A stretch of DNA of 59,488 nucleotides, from the NCBI GenBank assembly GCA_036274055.1, contig DASUGM010000304.1, positions 1 through 59,488 of the forward strand, given 5' to 3'. The translations under genes were made by a program, and so were the position numbers. Every line of letters starts with the position of its first letter. The stretch's first letter is position 1. This document shows, one piece after another, positions 48,103 to 56,785 of the stretch. The stretch is from Vicinamibacterales bacterium (GTDB lineage Bacteria; Acidobacteriota; Vicinamibacteria; Vicinamibacterales; SCN-69-37). The notes beneath the pieces are model-generated. The model made no database searches, had not been told where the DNA came from, and saw only the letters and a program-made list of their open reading frames with translations.

Positions 48103-48925
48103 GCGCGGGCTGCCGATTTCGTTGAAGATGCGCCACGACGAGCACTACGTCGATGCGCTGGCCAATTCTGCGGGGACGCCGATTGGGCGGCTGGTGCCGA
48201 TCGATCGCATCGACCCCAATCCTGAACAGCCTCGCCAGGTCATGGGCGACCTGTCGGAGCTGATGGCCTCGATCAGCGAGAAGGGGATTATCGAACCGCT
48301 GGTCGTGCGACAGCGCGGCAGCCGGTTCCAGATCATTGCTGGTGAGCGCCGGTATCAAGCCGCTGTCCGGATCGGTCTGCGGGAATTGCCGGTGGTCATT
48401 CGCGAGGTCGACGACACCGAGATTATCGAGGTCGCGCTCGTCGAGAACATTCAACGCAAGGACTTGGGTCCGTTCGAGGAGGCCGAGGCGATGTCCAGCC
48501 TGGCCGAGAAGTGCGGCTATACGCACGAGGACCTCGCCAAGCGGCTCGGGAAGTCCAGGACGACGATTACGGAGTCGATGGCGCTGGCGTCGATGCCGGA
48601 TGAGGTCCGAAATCTATGTCGGCTGGCCGACATTTCCTCTAAGTCGCTGCTTCTACAGGTAGTTAGACAGCAAACCCCGCAGAAAATGATCGCCTTCATC
48701 GAGCAACTGACCCGCGACGGTCATACCGGCCCGACGCGCGAACAGGCGCGCAAGGTCGCGGCCAAGCCCCAGGTGGGCCGACCGAAGGCCTTCGTCTTTC
48801 AATACAAGGCGCCGACAAAGAACTTCAACCTGAAGCTGCAGTTCCGCAAGAGCGAGGTCGACCGCACCGAGGTCATCGCGGCGCTCGAGGGCATCATCGC
48901 GGAGCTGCGCAAGCAGACGACGTAG
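48095..48925 (+). CDS. parB: chromosome partitioning protein ParB/Spo0J
   Basis: PNPEQPR, IIEPLVVR, IIAGERRYQAA and an HTH region. 8-nt overlap with parA. Confidence 0.9.
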   Translation: MSKRGLPISLKMRHDEHYVDALANSAGTPIGRLVPIDRIDPNPEQPRQVMGDLSELMASISEKGIIEPLVVRQRGSRFQIIAGERRYQAAVRIGLRELPVVIREVDDTEIIEVALVENIQRKDLGPFEEAEAMSSLAEKCGYTHEDLAKRLGKSRTTITESMALASMPDEVRNLCRLADISSKSLLLQVVRQQTPQKMIAFIEQLTRDGHTGPTREQARKVAAKPQVGRPKAFVFQYKAPTKNFNLKLQFRKSEVDRTEVIAALEGIIAELRKQTT

Positions 48926-48930
48926 ACGCC

Positions 48931-49262
48931 GGTTCCGGGTTCCGGCGGGTTCCGGGTTCCGGGTTCGTTCTCAGCCTGGCCGCCTCGGGCGTACGCGTGC
49001 GACCGTCGTCGGCACCCTAAGGCATCGACCACGGCGGGCCTTGGCGCAAAAGCCTTGGCGCGCTTGCCGCGGCTGAGATGCATACCCATGCGACGCCCCG
49101 GATGAGGCGGAGACGAAAGCGAAGCCGCGTGGCGTCTGCCAGTAAACGATCAGGCGCAACGGGGCGAGCGACAGACATCGGCGAGGAGGCGACGCCGAAG
49201 CGGCCGCAGTCCGCAAGGCTCCGAATCCAGGAACCCGGAACAAGGCCGGAACCCCGGAACCC
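48931..49262. repeat. imperfect inverted repeats (~65-75 nt arms rich in GGGTTCC heptamers) flanking a ~190-nt noncoding core
   Basis: Left arm 48931-48995 versus the reverse complement of 49185-49262: blocks GGTTCCGGG(G)TTCCGGC, TTCCGGGTTCC and GGCCGC(C/T)TCGG align. Confidence 0.65.
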
Positions 49263-49400
49263 TACAGGGTTTAGTCAACATAACACGTCTTATCAGACGT
49301 TACTGAAAACCCTAAAACAAGGGCCCTGTGGACGCTTTGCGGACGCCGGCCGATACCCTCACCGGACGGCCAAACCCGCCATGCTATCGTCTCGATTACG

Positions 49401-51740
49401 GTGCTGAAAACGCTGGACCGCTACGTGATTCGTGAGGCCCTCACGCCGTTTCTCCTGGCGTTGGGCGTGTTCACGTTTCTCCTGGCGATCAACCCGATGC
49501 TCAATCAGGCCAAGGACCTGCTGTCGAAAGGCGTCGACCTGCCGACCGTCGGGTTCCTGATGTTGACGCTGCTGCCGCAGGCGCTCGGCGTCACCATCCC
49601 GATGGCGTTCATGGCCGGGTTGCTCATGGCACTCGGCAGGCTGTCCGGAGACCGCGAGGCCGTCGCCCTCCTGGCCTGTGGCGTCAGCCCCGTCCGCGTC
49701 CTCCGACCGGTCATGCTCATGGCGGCCGTCGTGGCGGGCATCAACTTCTACATGCTCGCGGAGGTCGTGCCGGACGCCAACCAGCGCTTCCGCGTCGAGA
49801 CCTTCAACCTCCTGGTCAAGAAGAGCGAAAGTGATATCAAGCCCGGGCTGTTCTATGAGGGCTTCCCGAAGAAGGTCCTGTTCGTCCGCGAGGCCAGGCC
49901 CGGCGGCGGATGGCAAGGCGTGATGCTGGCCGACACCAGCGAGCCCGGCCGGCCGGTCGTCACCCTCGCGGAGTCCGGCTACCTGCGCGTCGATCCCAGG
50001 CGTCAGGAAGTCGCGATTGTGCTGCCGGGTGAGTCGATTCGTTATCTCCCCGGCGACGAAGCCGGCGTCTACGACACCGCCCGGGCCCGCGACCTGACCA
50101 TCGCGATCCCGGCCGACACCATCTTCGGCGACGGCAACATCCTGGTCACCCGCGGCACCGCCGAGAAGAAGATTCCCGACCTGCTGAAGACCGAAGCGGA
50201 GATGCGCGCGCAGGGGCTCCCGGTGCATCGCGAGATCATGCAGCGCCATCAGATGTTCTCGTTTCCGGTCGCCTGCCTCGTCTTCGCGCTGCTGGCGGTC
50301 TCGCTCGGCATGCACACGCGCAAGGAAGGCAAGATGGGCGGGTTCACGCTCGGACTCGCCGTCATCCTCGTCTACTACGCGGTCATGGCCATCTTCGAAG
50401 CCCGCGCCAAGAGCCACGACTTCCCTGCCGAATACGCGCGCTGGGCGCCGAACGTCGTCCTCGGGCTGGTCGGTCTCGCGGCGCTCTGGTGGCGGATGAA
50501 ATCCGGCGGCAGCCATGTGTCGATTCGCGTGCCCGCGGTGCTGCGCACGCCGCCGTGGCGATACGCCCGCGCCCGGGTCCAGCCCGTCGCCGCGGCCGAA
50601 TCATCCGGACGCGTCGTCGTGGTGATCAAGATCCCGGATATCTACCTGCCCAAACTGCGCGTGCTCGACGTCTACGTCGCGATGCGCTTCGTCCGCGTCA
50701 TCCTGCTCGCCTCGCTCGGCCTGCTCGCGATCTACTACGTCGGCGCCTTCATCGACCGCTCGCAGTACCTCTTCAAGGGCTCAGCCGACTGGTGGACGAT
50801 GTTCGCGTTCTTCTACTACTCGACGCCGCAGTTTTTCATCTTCCTGTTTCCGATGGCGACGCTGATCGCCGTCCTGGCGACGATCGGCGGGCTGACCAAA
50901 TCCGGCGAACTCGTGGTCATGCGGGCGTGCGGCATCAGCCTCTACCGCGCCGCGGCGCCGCTGGTCGTGCTGTCGCTGCTCACCGGCGCCGGCATGTTCC
51001 TGCTCAACGATCGCGTCCTGGCGCACAGCAACCGCAAGGCCGAGTCGCTCGAGGACAAGATCAAGGGGCGCCAGCCCCACACCGTCAATCAGATCGCCAA
51101 CGCGAACTGGTCGATCGACTCGAACGACGGCCGCATCTACTACTACGACATCTTCGACACCCAGCGGAAGACGATGCACCTGGTGTCGGTCTTCGGAACC
51201 TCGACGCGGCCGTTCCGGTTGACCAGTCACTTGCGCGCCGAGCGCGTCCAGTGGCGGGAAGGGCGCTGGCTCGCCGTCAACGGCTGGGAGCAGACCTTCC
51301 CCACCGCCGAACGCGCGACCCGCGAGAGTTTCGCCCGCAAGTTCGTCAAACTGCCGGATCCCGAGCTGCTCGCGGGGATGCACTCGACTGAGGCCGACCT
51401 GATGACGTCGGGCGAGCTGCGGCAGCACATCGCCAAGTTGTCGCAAAGCGGCTTCAGCCTCGCCGAATCAAAAGTGATGCTCTACTCGCGGCTGGCCTTC
51501 TCCGTCGTCACGCTGGTGATGACCTTGATTGCGATCCCGTTGGGCGTCACCACTGGCCGCCGCGGCGCGCTCTACGGCATCGGCCTCGCGATCATGCTCG
51601 CGGCCAGCTACTGGCTCCTGACCACGATCTTCGCGGCGGTCGGCCAGGCGGATTTGCTGCCGCCGTGGCTGGCGGCGTGGGCGACGAATTTCCTGTTCAT
51701 CGCCGCCGCCGGTTACATGGTGATGACCGTCCGCACCTGA
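49401..51740 (+). CDS. lptFG: fused LptF-LptG LPS export ABC permease (two YjgP/YjgQ modules in one 779-aa ORF)
   Basis: The first module starts MLKTLDRYVIREALTPFLLAL. The second starts LRVLDVYVAMRFVRVILLASLG, after a ~50-aa linker at about aa 365-415. One uninterrupted frame in the ORF track. Confidence 0.8.
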   Translation: MLKTLDRYVIREALTPFLLALGVFTFLLAINPMLNQAKDLLSKGVDLPTVGFLMLTLLPQALGVTIPMAFMAGLLMALGRLSGDREAVALLACGVSPVRVLRPVMLMAAVVAGINFYMLAEVVPDANQRFRVETFNLLVKKSESDIKPGLFYEGFPKKVLFVREARPGGGWQGVMLADTSEPGRPVVTLAESGYLRVDPRRQEVAIVLPGESIRYLPGDEAGVYDTARARDLTIAIPADTIFGDGNILVTRGTAEKKIPDLLKTEAEMRAQGLPVHREIMQRHQMFSFPVACLVFALLAVSLGMHTRKEGKMGGFTLGLAVILVYYAVMAIFEARAKSHDFPAEYARWAPNVVLGLVGLAALWWRMKSGGSHVSIRVPAVLRTPPWRYARARVQPVAAAESSGRVVVVIKIPDIYLPKLRVLDVYVAMRFVRVILLASLGLLAIYYVGAFIDRSQYLFKGSADWWTMFAFFYYSTPQFFIFLFPMATLIAVLATIGGLTKSGELVVMRACGISLYRAAAPLVVLSLLTGAGMFLLNDRVLAHSNRKAESLEDKIKGRQPHTVNQIANANWSIDSNDGRIYYYDIFDTQRKTMHLVSVFGTSTRPFRLTSHLRAERVQWREGRWLAVNGWEQTFPTAERATRESFARKFVKLPDPELLAGMHSTEADLMTSGELRQHIAKLSQSGFSLAESKVMLYSRLAFSVVTLVMTLIAIPLGVTTGRRGALYGIGLAIMLAASYWLLTTIFAAVGQADLLPPWLAAWATNFLFIAAAGYMVMTVRT

Positions 51741-51750
51741 CGGCGCGGCG

Positions 51751-53439
51751 CTATTGCACTTTCCGGAAGGCCAGGCGTGAAATCCAGAACGTCCCGGTCG
51801 TCGCGGGCGGAGTGTTGAGCGTATCGACGACGAACAACATGCTCTGCAGCGGCGCGGCGACCGGCCGCTGCGAGGTCTGGAGATCCGCCGGCTCGAGTTC
51901 ACTGAGCGGCACGCTGATCCGTCGCGGTGAGGGATCGACGTAGACCGATCGGATCCATCGCGCGCTCCGGCCGCTGCGCAACCTGACCTGCACCGAGAGG
52001 CGCATCGGCTTGTCGGCGCGGGCGGTGAACTCGATCCGATCGACACTGTCGTGAAGCAGTTCCCGCGACGCCGCGGAAATGTACTGGCCGGCAGGCGCAC
52101 CCGGTGCCAGCGCGTAGCCGACCTTCAGCTCGGCGTCGCCGCCGGTGCCGACGTTGGAAATTGTGGCGCGGCTCAGCCCATCTCCCTCCGGGCGCCAGTC
52201 AGCGGCGGCCAGCGTGAACGGCAACAACACTTCAGGCCCTGATCCTTCAGGCGGATCGACGTCACCCCGCGGCGCCTCGATCACAATCGGATTGGACGCC
52301 AGCCACGGCGCCGGACCGGCGGGGTGAAACGCCTCGATGCGATACACGCCGGCCTCGAGCGGCCCGCGATGTTGAACGCTGCCCTGCCCGGTCGCCACGA
52401 TCTTGCCGTCGCGCAACAGCACGACGCGTGCTGCTGGAAACTCGGGCACCATGGCGTTCCACTCGGCGCGCTCACTCGAAGCCGGCAGGCGATCGCCGGC
52501 ATGCGACGGCCCGGCCGCCGTGGTCACGAAGAACGTCAGCGTCGCCGGCGCGGCGTAGGCGGCGATCACCGAGAACGACCGGCCGCGCGTCAGTCCGTCG
52601 AGCACGCTCGCGGCGTCGGCGGCCGGATCTCCGGTCAGCGGCGCGTTCAAAGACACCGCCTGCACGACGGCGCGGAACATCGTTTCGTAACTCGGCAGCG
52701 GCAACCACGTCGAGCGGCGCGGTTCCTGACTCTCCCACAGCCCGCGGGCGTGGGCGTCGACGGCCGCGACACCAAACTCCGCATGCGCGCGGGCATCGCG
52801 ATCCCAGCGGCGCAGCGATCGATCCGGCCGGGCGAACAGCGACGCCACTGCGGCCGCCGGCCGCACCGCCGACCGGACGGCTGCCCCCATCAACCGCGTG
52901 TAGGTCTCGTCCCGCCACTCTGCATCGGCGTTGAGCCACTCGATGCCGTCGGCCTCCGCCCCCGGATCCTGCCAGGCGAACTCCTGCCTCGGCGAGTCGG
53001 GATGCGCGAGCACGACTTTCCCGCCGAGCCGGTGCACGTCCTCGATGACGTCGCGCGCTTCGCCGGCCAGCGGGTATGGCGACGATGCGGCGATGCCGAG
53101 CGCGACGAGGTGTCCCGCGGCGGTGTTGATCTCGACGGCGTCGATGACGAGCACGCCGTGGCGATACGTCGGTGGATCGGGCGGCCGAGTGGCATCGCCG
53201 TGATCGGTGATGATCACGAACGCCAAACCGGCGCGGCGCGCGGCGTCGGCAATCGCATCGACCGTGCCGGTGCCGTCAGAGCGCGAGGAGTGAATGTGGT
53301 ACGCCCCGGCGGCGACGAGTGCCGGCCACTGCGGCGCCAGTTGCTGCGGCGCCGGCGGCAGCGTCAGTCCCGTGTACACGCCGACGGCGGCCACGAGGGC
53401 CGCCGTCGTGAGAATCAACGTGCGCAGGACCAGACGCAC
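51751..53439 (-). CDS. secreted PHP-domain metallohydrolase (CehA/McbA-like) with a C-terminal beta-rich domain
   Basis: Signal peptide MRLVLRTLILTTAALVAAV. PHP motifs YHIHSSRSDGTG and ITDHGD. Confidence 0.65.
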   Translation of the reverse strand: MRLVLRTLILTTAALVAAVGVYTGLTLPPAPQQLAPQWPALVAAGAYHIHSSRSDGTGTVDAIADAARRAGLAFVIITDHGDATRPPDPPTYRHGVLVIDAVEINTAAGHLVALGIAASSPYPLAGEARDVIEDVHRLGGKVVLAHPDSPRQEFAWQDPGAEADGIEWLNADAEWRDETYTRLMGAAVRSAVRPAAAVASLFARPDRSLRRWDRDARAHAEFGVAAVDAHARGLWESQEPRRSTWLPLPSYETMFRAVVQAVSLNAPLTGDPAADAASVLDGLTRGRSFSVIAAYAAPATLTFFVTTAAGPSHAGDRLPASSERAEWNAMVPEFPAARVVLLRDGKIVATGQGSVQHRGPLEAGVYRIEAFHPAGPAPWLASNPIVIEAPRGDVDPPEGSGPEVLLPFTLAAADWRPEGDGLSRATISNVGTGGDAELKVGYALAPGAPAGQYISAASRELLHDSVDRIEFTARADKPMRLSVQVRLRSGRSARWIRSVYVDPSPRRISVPLSELEPADLQTSQRPVAAPLQSMLFVVDTLNTPPATTGTFWISRLAFRKVQ

Positions 53440-53451
53440 GGGCCGGCGCGC

Positions 53452-54600
53452 TTACTTGGCGTCCGCCTTGAGGGCCGCGGCCTTGTCGGTGCGCTCCCAG
53501 GTGAACTCGGGCTCGGTGCGCCCGAAGTGGCCGAACGCCGCGGTTTTGCGGTAAATCGGCTTGCGCAGGTCGAGGCTCTCGATGATGCCCTTCGGCGTCA
53601 GTTTGAAATGGGCCCGGACGAGATCGGTCAACTTCTGATCCGAAACCGTGCCGGTGCCCTGGGTATCGATCAGCACGGAAACCGGATCGGCAACGCCGAT
53701 CGCGTACGCCAACTGCACCATCGCGCGTTCCGCGAGTCCAGCGGCGACGACGTTTTTCGCGATGTAGCGCGCCATGTAACAGGCGCTGCGGTCGACCTTG
53801 GTGGGATCTTTGCCGGAGAACGCGCCGCCGCCGTGGGGCGCATAACCGCCGTAGGTGTCGACGATGATCTTGCGGCCGGTGACGCCGGCGTCCCCGTGCG
53901 GGCCGCCGACGACGAAGCGTCCGGTCGGGTTGACGTAGACCTTCGTGTCCTTGTCGATCATCGCGGCCGGAATCACGTCCTTGATGACCGACGCGGTCAG
54001 GTCGTCCTTGATGTGCTTCTGATCGACCTTCTCGCTGTGCTGCGTCGACAACACGATGGCGTCGATGCGCACCGGCTTGTCGCCGTCGTATTCGACGGTG
54101 ACCTGCGACTTGCCGTCCGGACGCAGGTAATCGACCTTGCCGCTCTTGCGGCGCTCCGACATCCCGCGCACGAGCTTGTGGGCGAGCATGATCGGCAGCG
54201 GCATCAGCTCTTCGGTCTCGCGGCACGCGAAGCCGAACATCAGGCCCTGATCGCCGGCGCCGCCGGTGTCCACGCCCTGGCCGATGTCCCGCGACTGCTC
54301 ATGAATGGCCGACAGCACTGCGCAGGTTTCGTAGTCGAACCCGTATTTCGCGCGGGTGTAGCCGACGTCCTTGATCGCCGTGCGGACGATGTGCTGCACG
54401 TCGATCGTCGCGTTGGTCGTGATCTCGCCGGCGACGACGGCGAGGCCGGTCGTGACCAGCGTTTCGCAGGCAACGCGGCCGATCGGGTCCTGCGCGATGA
54501 TCGCGTCGAGAACGCCGTCGGAAATCTGGTCAGCAATCTTGTCGGGATGGCCTTCGGTAACGGACTCGGAGGTAAAAAGGTGGCGGCCAGTGCGGCCCAT
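53452..54600 (-). CDS. metK: S-adenosylmethionine synthetase
   Basis: [41 protein letters not shown] Shine-Dalgarno upstream. Confidence 0.97.
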   Translation of the reverse strand: MGRTGRHLFTSESVTEGHPDKIADQISDGVLDAIIAQDPIGRVACETLVTTGLAVVAGEITTNATIDVQHIVRTAIKDVGYTRAKYGFDYETCAVLSAIHEQSRDIGQGVDTGGAGDQGLMFGFACRETEELMPLPIMLAHKLVRGMSERRKSGKVDYLRPDGKSQVTVEYDGDKPVRIDAIVLSTQHSEKVDQKHIKDDLTASVIKDVIPAAMIDKDTKVYVNPTGRFVVGGPHGDAGVTGRKIIVDTYGGYAPHGGGAFSGKDPTKVDRSACYMARYIAKNVVAAGLAERAMVQLAYAIGVADPVSVLIDTQGTGTVSDQKLTDLVRAHFKLTPKGIIESLDLRKPIYRKTAAFGHFGRTEPEFTWERTDKAAALKADAK

Positions 54601-54698
54601 GGAGCTACTCCTCGGAAACCGGCGCTCGGACTACCCACAGCGCGAGCTCGGCCTCACGGTAAACAGCTAACGGTACCAGACAGGCCGGAACGGGTCAA

Positions 54699-55604
54699 TC
54701 ACGCGCGGGGGTGGAACGCGTCATACACCTGCCGCAGCCGGGCTTCGAGCACGTGGGTGTAAATCTGCGTCGTCGAGAGATCGGCGTGGCCGAGCATGGT
54801 CTGAATCGCTCGCAGATCGGCGCCGCGTTCGAGCAGATGCGTCGCGAACGAATGCCGGAGGACGTGCGGGCTGAGGTGCGCGCGCACGCCGGCCCTGCGG
54901 CCGTGCGCCTTCAGGATCTTCCAGAATCCGCTGCGGGAAAGCCGCGCGCCGCCGCGCGCGTTGACGAACAGCCAGACGCTGTCGCGCTTCTTGACCAGCG
55001 CCGGCCGCGCCTGTGCCAGATACCGCTGCACCCATTCGGCGGCGACATCGCCGAGCGGGACGATTCGCTGCTTGCCGCCCTTGCCCTGACACTGCACATA
55101 GCCCTGATCGCTCCGCACGTCCGTGATCCGCAGCCCGACCAGCTCCGAGACGCGGAGGCCGGTCGCGTAGAGCACCTCGATCAGCGCGCGGTCGCGCAAT
55201 CCGGCCGGTGCCGCGACATCCGGCGCGGTGAGTAGCGCGTCCACCTGTTCAATCGAGAGGAAGTGCGGCAACGCCGCGAAGGTGCGCGGCGCATGCAGGT
55301 CGTCGGCGGGATTGCGATCGACGCGGCCTGACAGCCGCAGGAACTTGAAAAAACTGCGGACGCAGGCCACCAGACGCGCGGTCGATGTCGGCGAGAGTCC
55401 CCCGGCCATCGACTCGCGGACAAAATCCTCGAGTTCGGCGCGCGACAGCGCTTCGATGGTTCGGCCATGGTCGGCGCAGAATGCCGCGAGCCGGGCCAGA
55501 TCGCGCCGATAGGCCTCGAGCGTGTTCGCCGCCATGCGCCGCTCGACCTCCAGATGGCGCAGAAAGGCGACGACCGCAGCCGGCACGCGCGACGGCGTCG
55601 TCAT
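54699..55604 (-). CDS. xerD: site-specific tyrosine recombinase XerD (XerC/D family)
   Basis: ATGLRVSEL ... HVLRHSFATHLL ... LGHADLSTTQIYTHV catalytic R-H-R-Y set. Confidence 0.85.
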   Translation of the reverse strand: MTTPSRVPAAVVAFLRHLEVERRMAANTLEAYRRDLARLAAFCADHGRTIEALSRAELEDFVRESMAGGLSPTSTARLVACVRSFFKFLRLSGRVDRNPADDLHAPRTFAALPHFLSIEQVDALLTAPDVAAPAGLRDRALIEVLYATGLRVSELVGLRITDVRSDQGYVQCQGKGGKQRIVPLGDVAAEWVQRYLAQARPALVKKRDSVWLFVNARGGARLSRSGFWKILKAHGRRAGVRAHLSPHVLRHSFATHLLERGADLRAIQTMLGHADLSTTQIYTHVLEARLRQVYDAFHPRA

Positions 55605-55678
55605 CGTTCGCCATTATCGGCGGAACCGGCGCCACACTTCTGTGGTTTGCAGTCGGCTGCGGACGCGAGTACTCTGAG

Positions 55679-56653
55679 ATGTTCGCGCGGGTAAACGACC
55701 AGATGCCATATCACTCGAAATGGCAGGATCTTCCGACCGAAGCCATTAACGCCGACACGCTCGGCATCGACCGGATGCCGATCCTGGAGATCGTCGATCT
55801 CCTGGGCCAGGAAGACAAACGGGTCGTGTCAGCGGTCCACAAAGAGCGCGAGCGCATCGCGCATGGCGTCGAGATCATCGTCTCGACGCTCCGCAAGGGC
55901 GGGCGGGTCTTCCTCGCCGGCGCCGGCACGTCCGGACGCCTCGGCGTCGTCGAAGCGGCGGAGATGCCGCCGACCTTCGGGACCTCGCCCAAACTCGTAC
56001 AGGCGATCATGGCCGGCGGCCAGGAAGCGGTGTTTCGCGCCCGCGAAGGCGTCGAAGACAACTTCGAAGAAGGCCGGCGCAGCATGGCGCGGTTGCGCGT
56101 CTCCCGGCGAGACGTCGTCATTGGCGTCTCGGCAAGCGGCCTGACGCCTTTCGTGCGCGGGGCGCTCACTGCGGCCCGCACCAAAGGGGCGCGCATCATC
56201 TTCGTCACGTGCTGGCCGGGCACCGAGTTGCAGAATTTCGTCGATCTGATCATCGCGCCGTCGGTTGGCCCGGAGGTGATTGCCGGGTCGACGCGGTTGA
56301 AAGCCGGCACCGCCACCAAGATGGTGCTGAACATGCTGACGACGATCGCGATGGTCCGGGTCGGCAAGACCTACGGCAACCTGATGGTCGACGTGAAGAC
56401 GGGATCGGAGAAGCTGAAAGACCGCGCCCTCCGCATCGTCGTGGTCGTCACCGGCGCCACGCCGGAAGAGGCTGCCGATCTGCTGAAGCGCGCCAAGTGG
56501 AACGTCAAAGCGGCGATCGTGATGAAGAAGGCGGATGTGTCCTATGCCACCGCGCTGCGCAAACTCAAAAGCGCGCACGACTTCATGCGCGAAGCGCTGG
56601 GCGAAGATCTCGAGCCGCGCCTGCGCAAGCTGCTCAAGCCGACTGCCGAATAA
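55679..56653 (+). CDS. murQ: N-acetylmuramic acid 6-phosphate etherase
   Basis: SIS domain with GAGTSGRLGVVEAAEMPPTFG. Start trimmed to the ATG at 55679. Confidence 0.88.
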   Translation: MFARVNDQMPYHSKWQDLPTEAINADTLGIDRMPILEIVDLLGQEDKRVVSAVHKERERIAHGVEIIVSTLRKGGRVFLAGAGTSGRLGVVEAAEMPPTFGTSPKLVQAIMAGGQEAVFRAREGVEDNFEEGRRSMARLRVSRRDVVIGVSASGLTPFVRGALTAARTKGARIIFVTCWPGTELQNFVDLIIAPSVGPEVIAGSTRLKAGTATKMVLNMLTTIAMVRVGKTYGNLMVDVKTGSEKLKDRALRIVVVVTGATPEEAADLLKRAKWNVKAAIVMKKADVSYATALRKLKSAHDFMREALGEDLEPRLRKLLKPTAE

Positions 56654-56655
56654 AA

Positions 56656-56782
56656 ATCGACAGCACCATGAAGGACCTCTGAAGGATTCTGGAGGAACGT
56701 CAAGGTGATTTTGGCTCTTAAGGCCCAGATCCCCTTCACGCTCCTCCAAAATCCTACAGAGATCCTTCACGGTGCTGTCGAT
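56656..56782. repeat. 127-nt palindromic element (rod hairpin) filling the murQ/nagB convergent gap
   Basis: 56656-56715 pairs with 56723-56782 (x pairs with 113438-x). There are 4 A:C-type positions and about 5 other non-Watson-Crick positions (true mismatches plus + strand T:G pairs). The arm has a ~10-nt periodic word containing GAAGGA/GGAGGA/CAAGG. Confidence 0.85.
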
Positions 56783-56785
56783 CGT

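Noticed and set aside
48926-49400. oriC or parS next to parAB.
   Set aside because: There is no cluster of DnaA boxes; only weak 6-of-9 matches such as TGTGGACGC. Nothing matches the parS consensus TGTTTCACGTGAAACA. The AT-rich stretch is only about 50 nt long.
48971-49407. ORFs 48971-49243 (-) and 49078-49407 (+) inside the long noncoding tract.
   Set aside because: Their composition is Arg/Ala/Pro-rich. There are no start-context signals. They overlap the inverted-repeat arms. I treat the region as noncoding.
54601-54698. SAM riboswitch upstream of metK.
   Set aside because: The leader is at most about 70 nt after the candidate promoter. It lacks the conserved SAM-I or SAM-II sequence blocks that I can recall. 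An Rfam scan would be needed to be certain.
54699-55604. Tyrosine recombinase as a marker of an integrated mobile element.
   Set aside because: The sequence is a full-length XerC/XerD-type chromosomal resolvase. No adjacent tRNA, att-like direct repeats, phage or transposon genes are present. The flanking genes (metK, murQ) are housekeeping.
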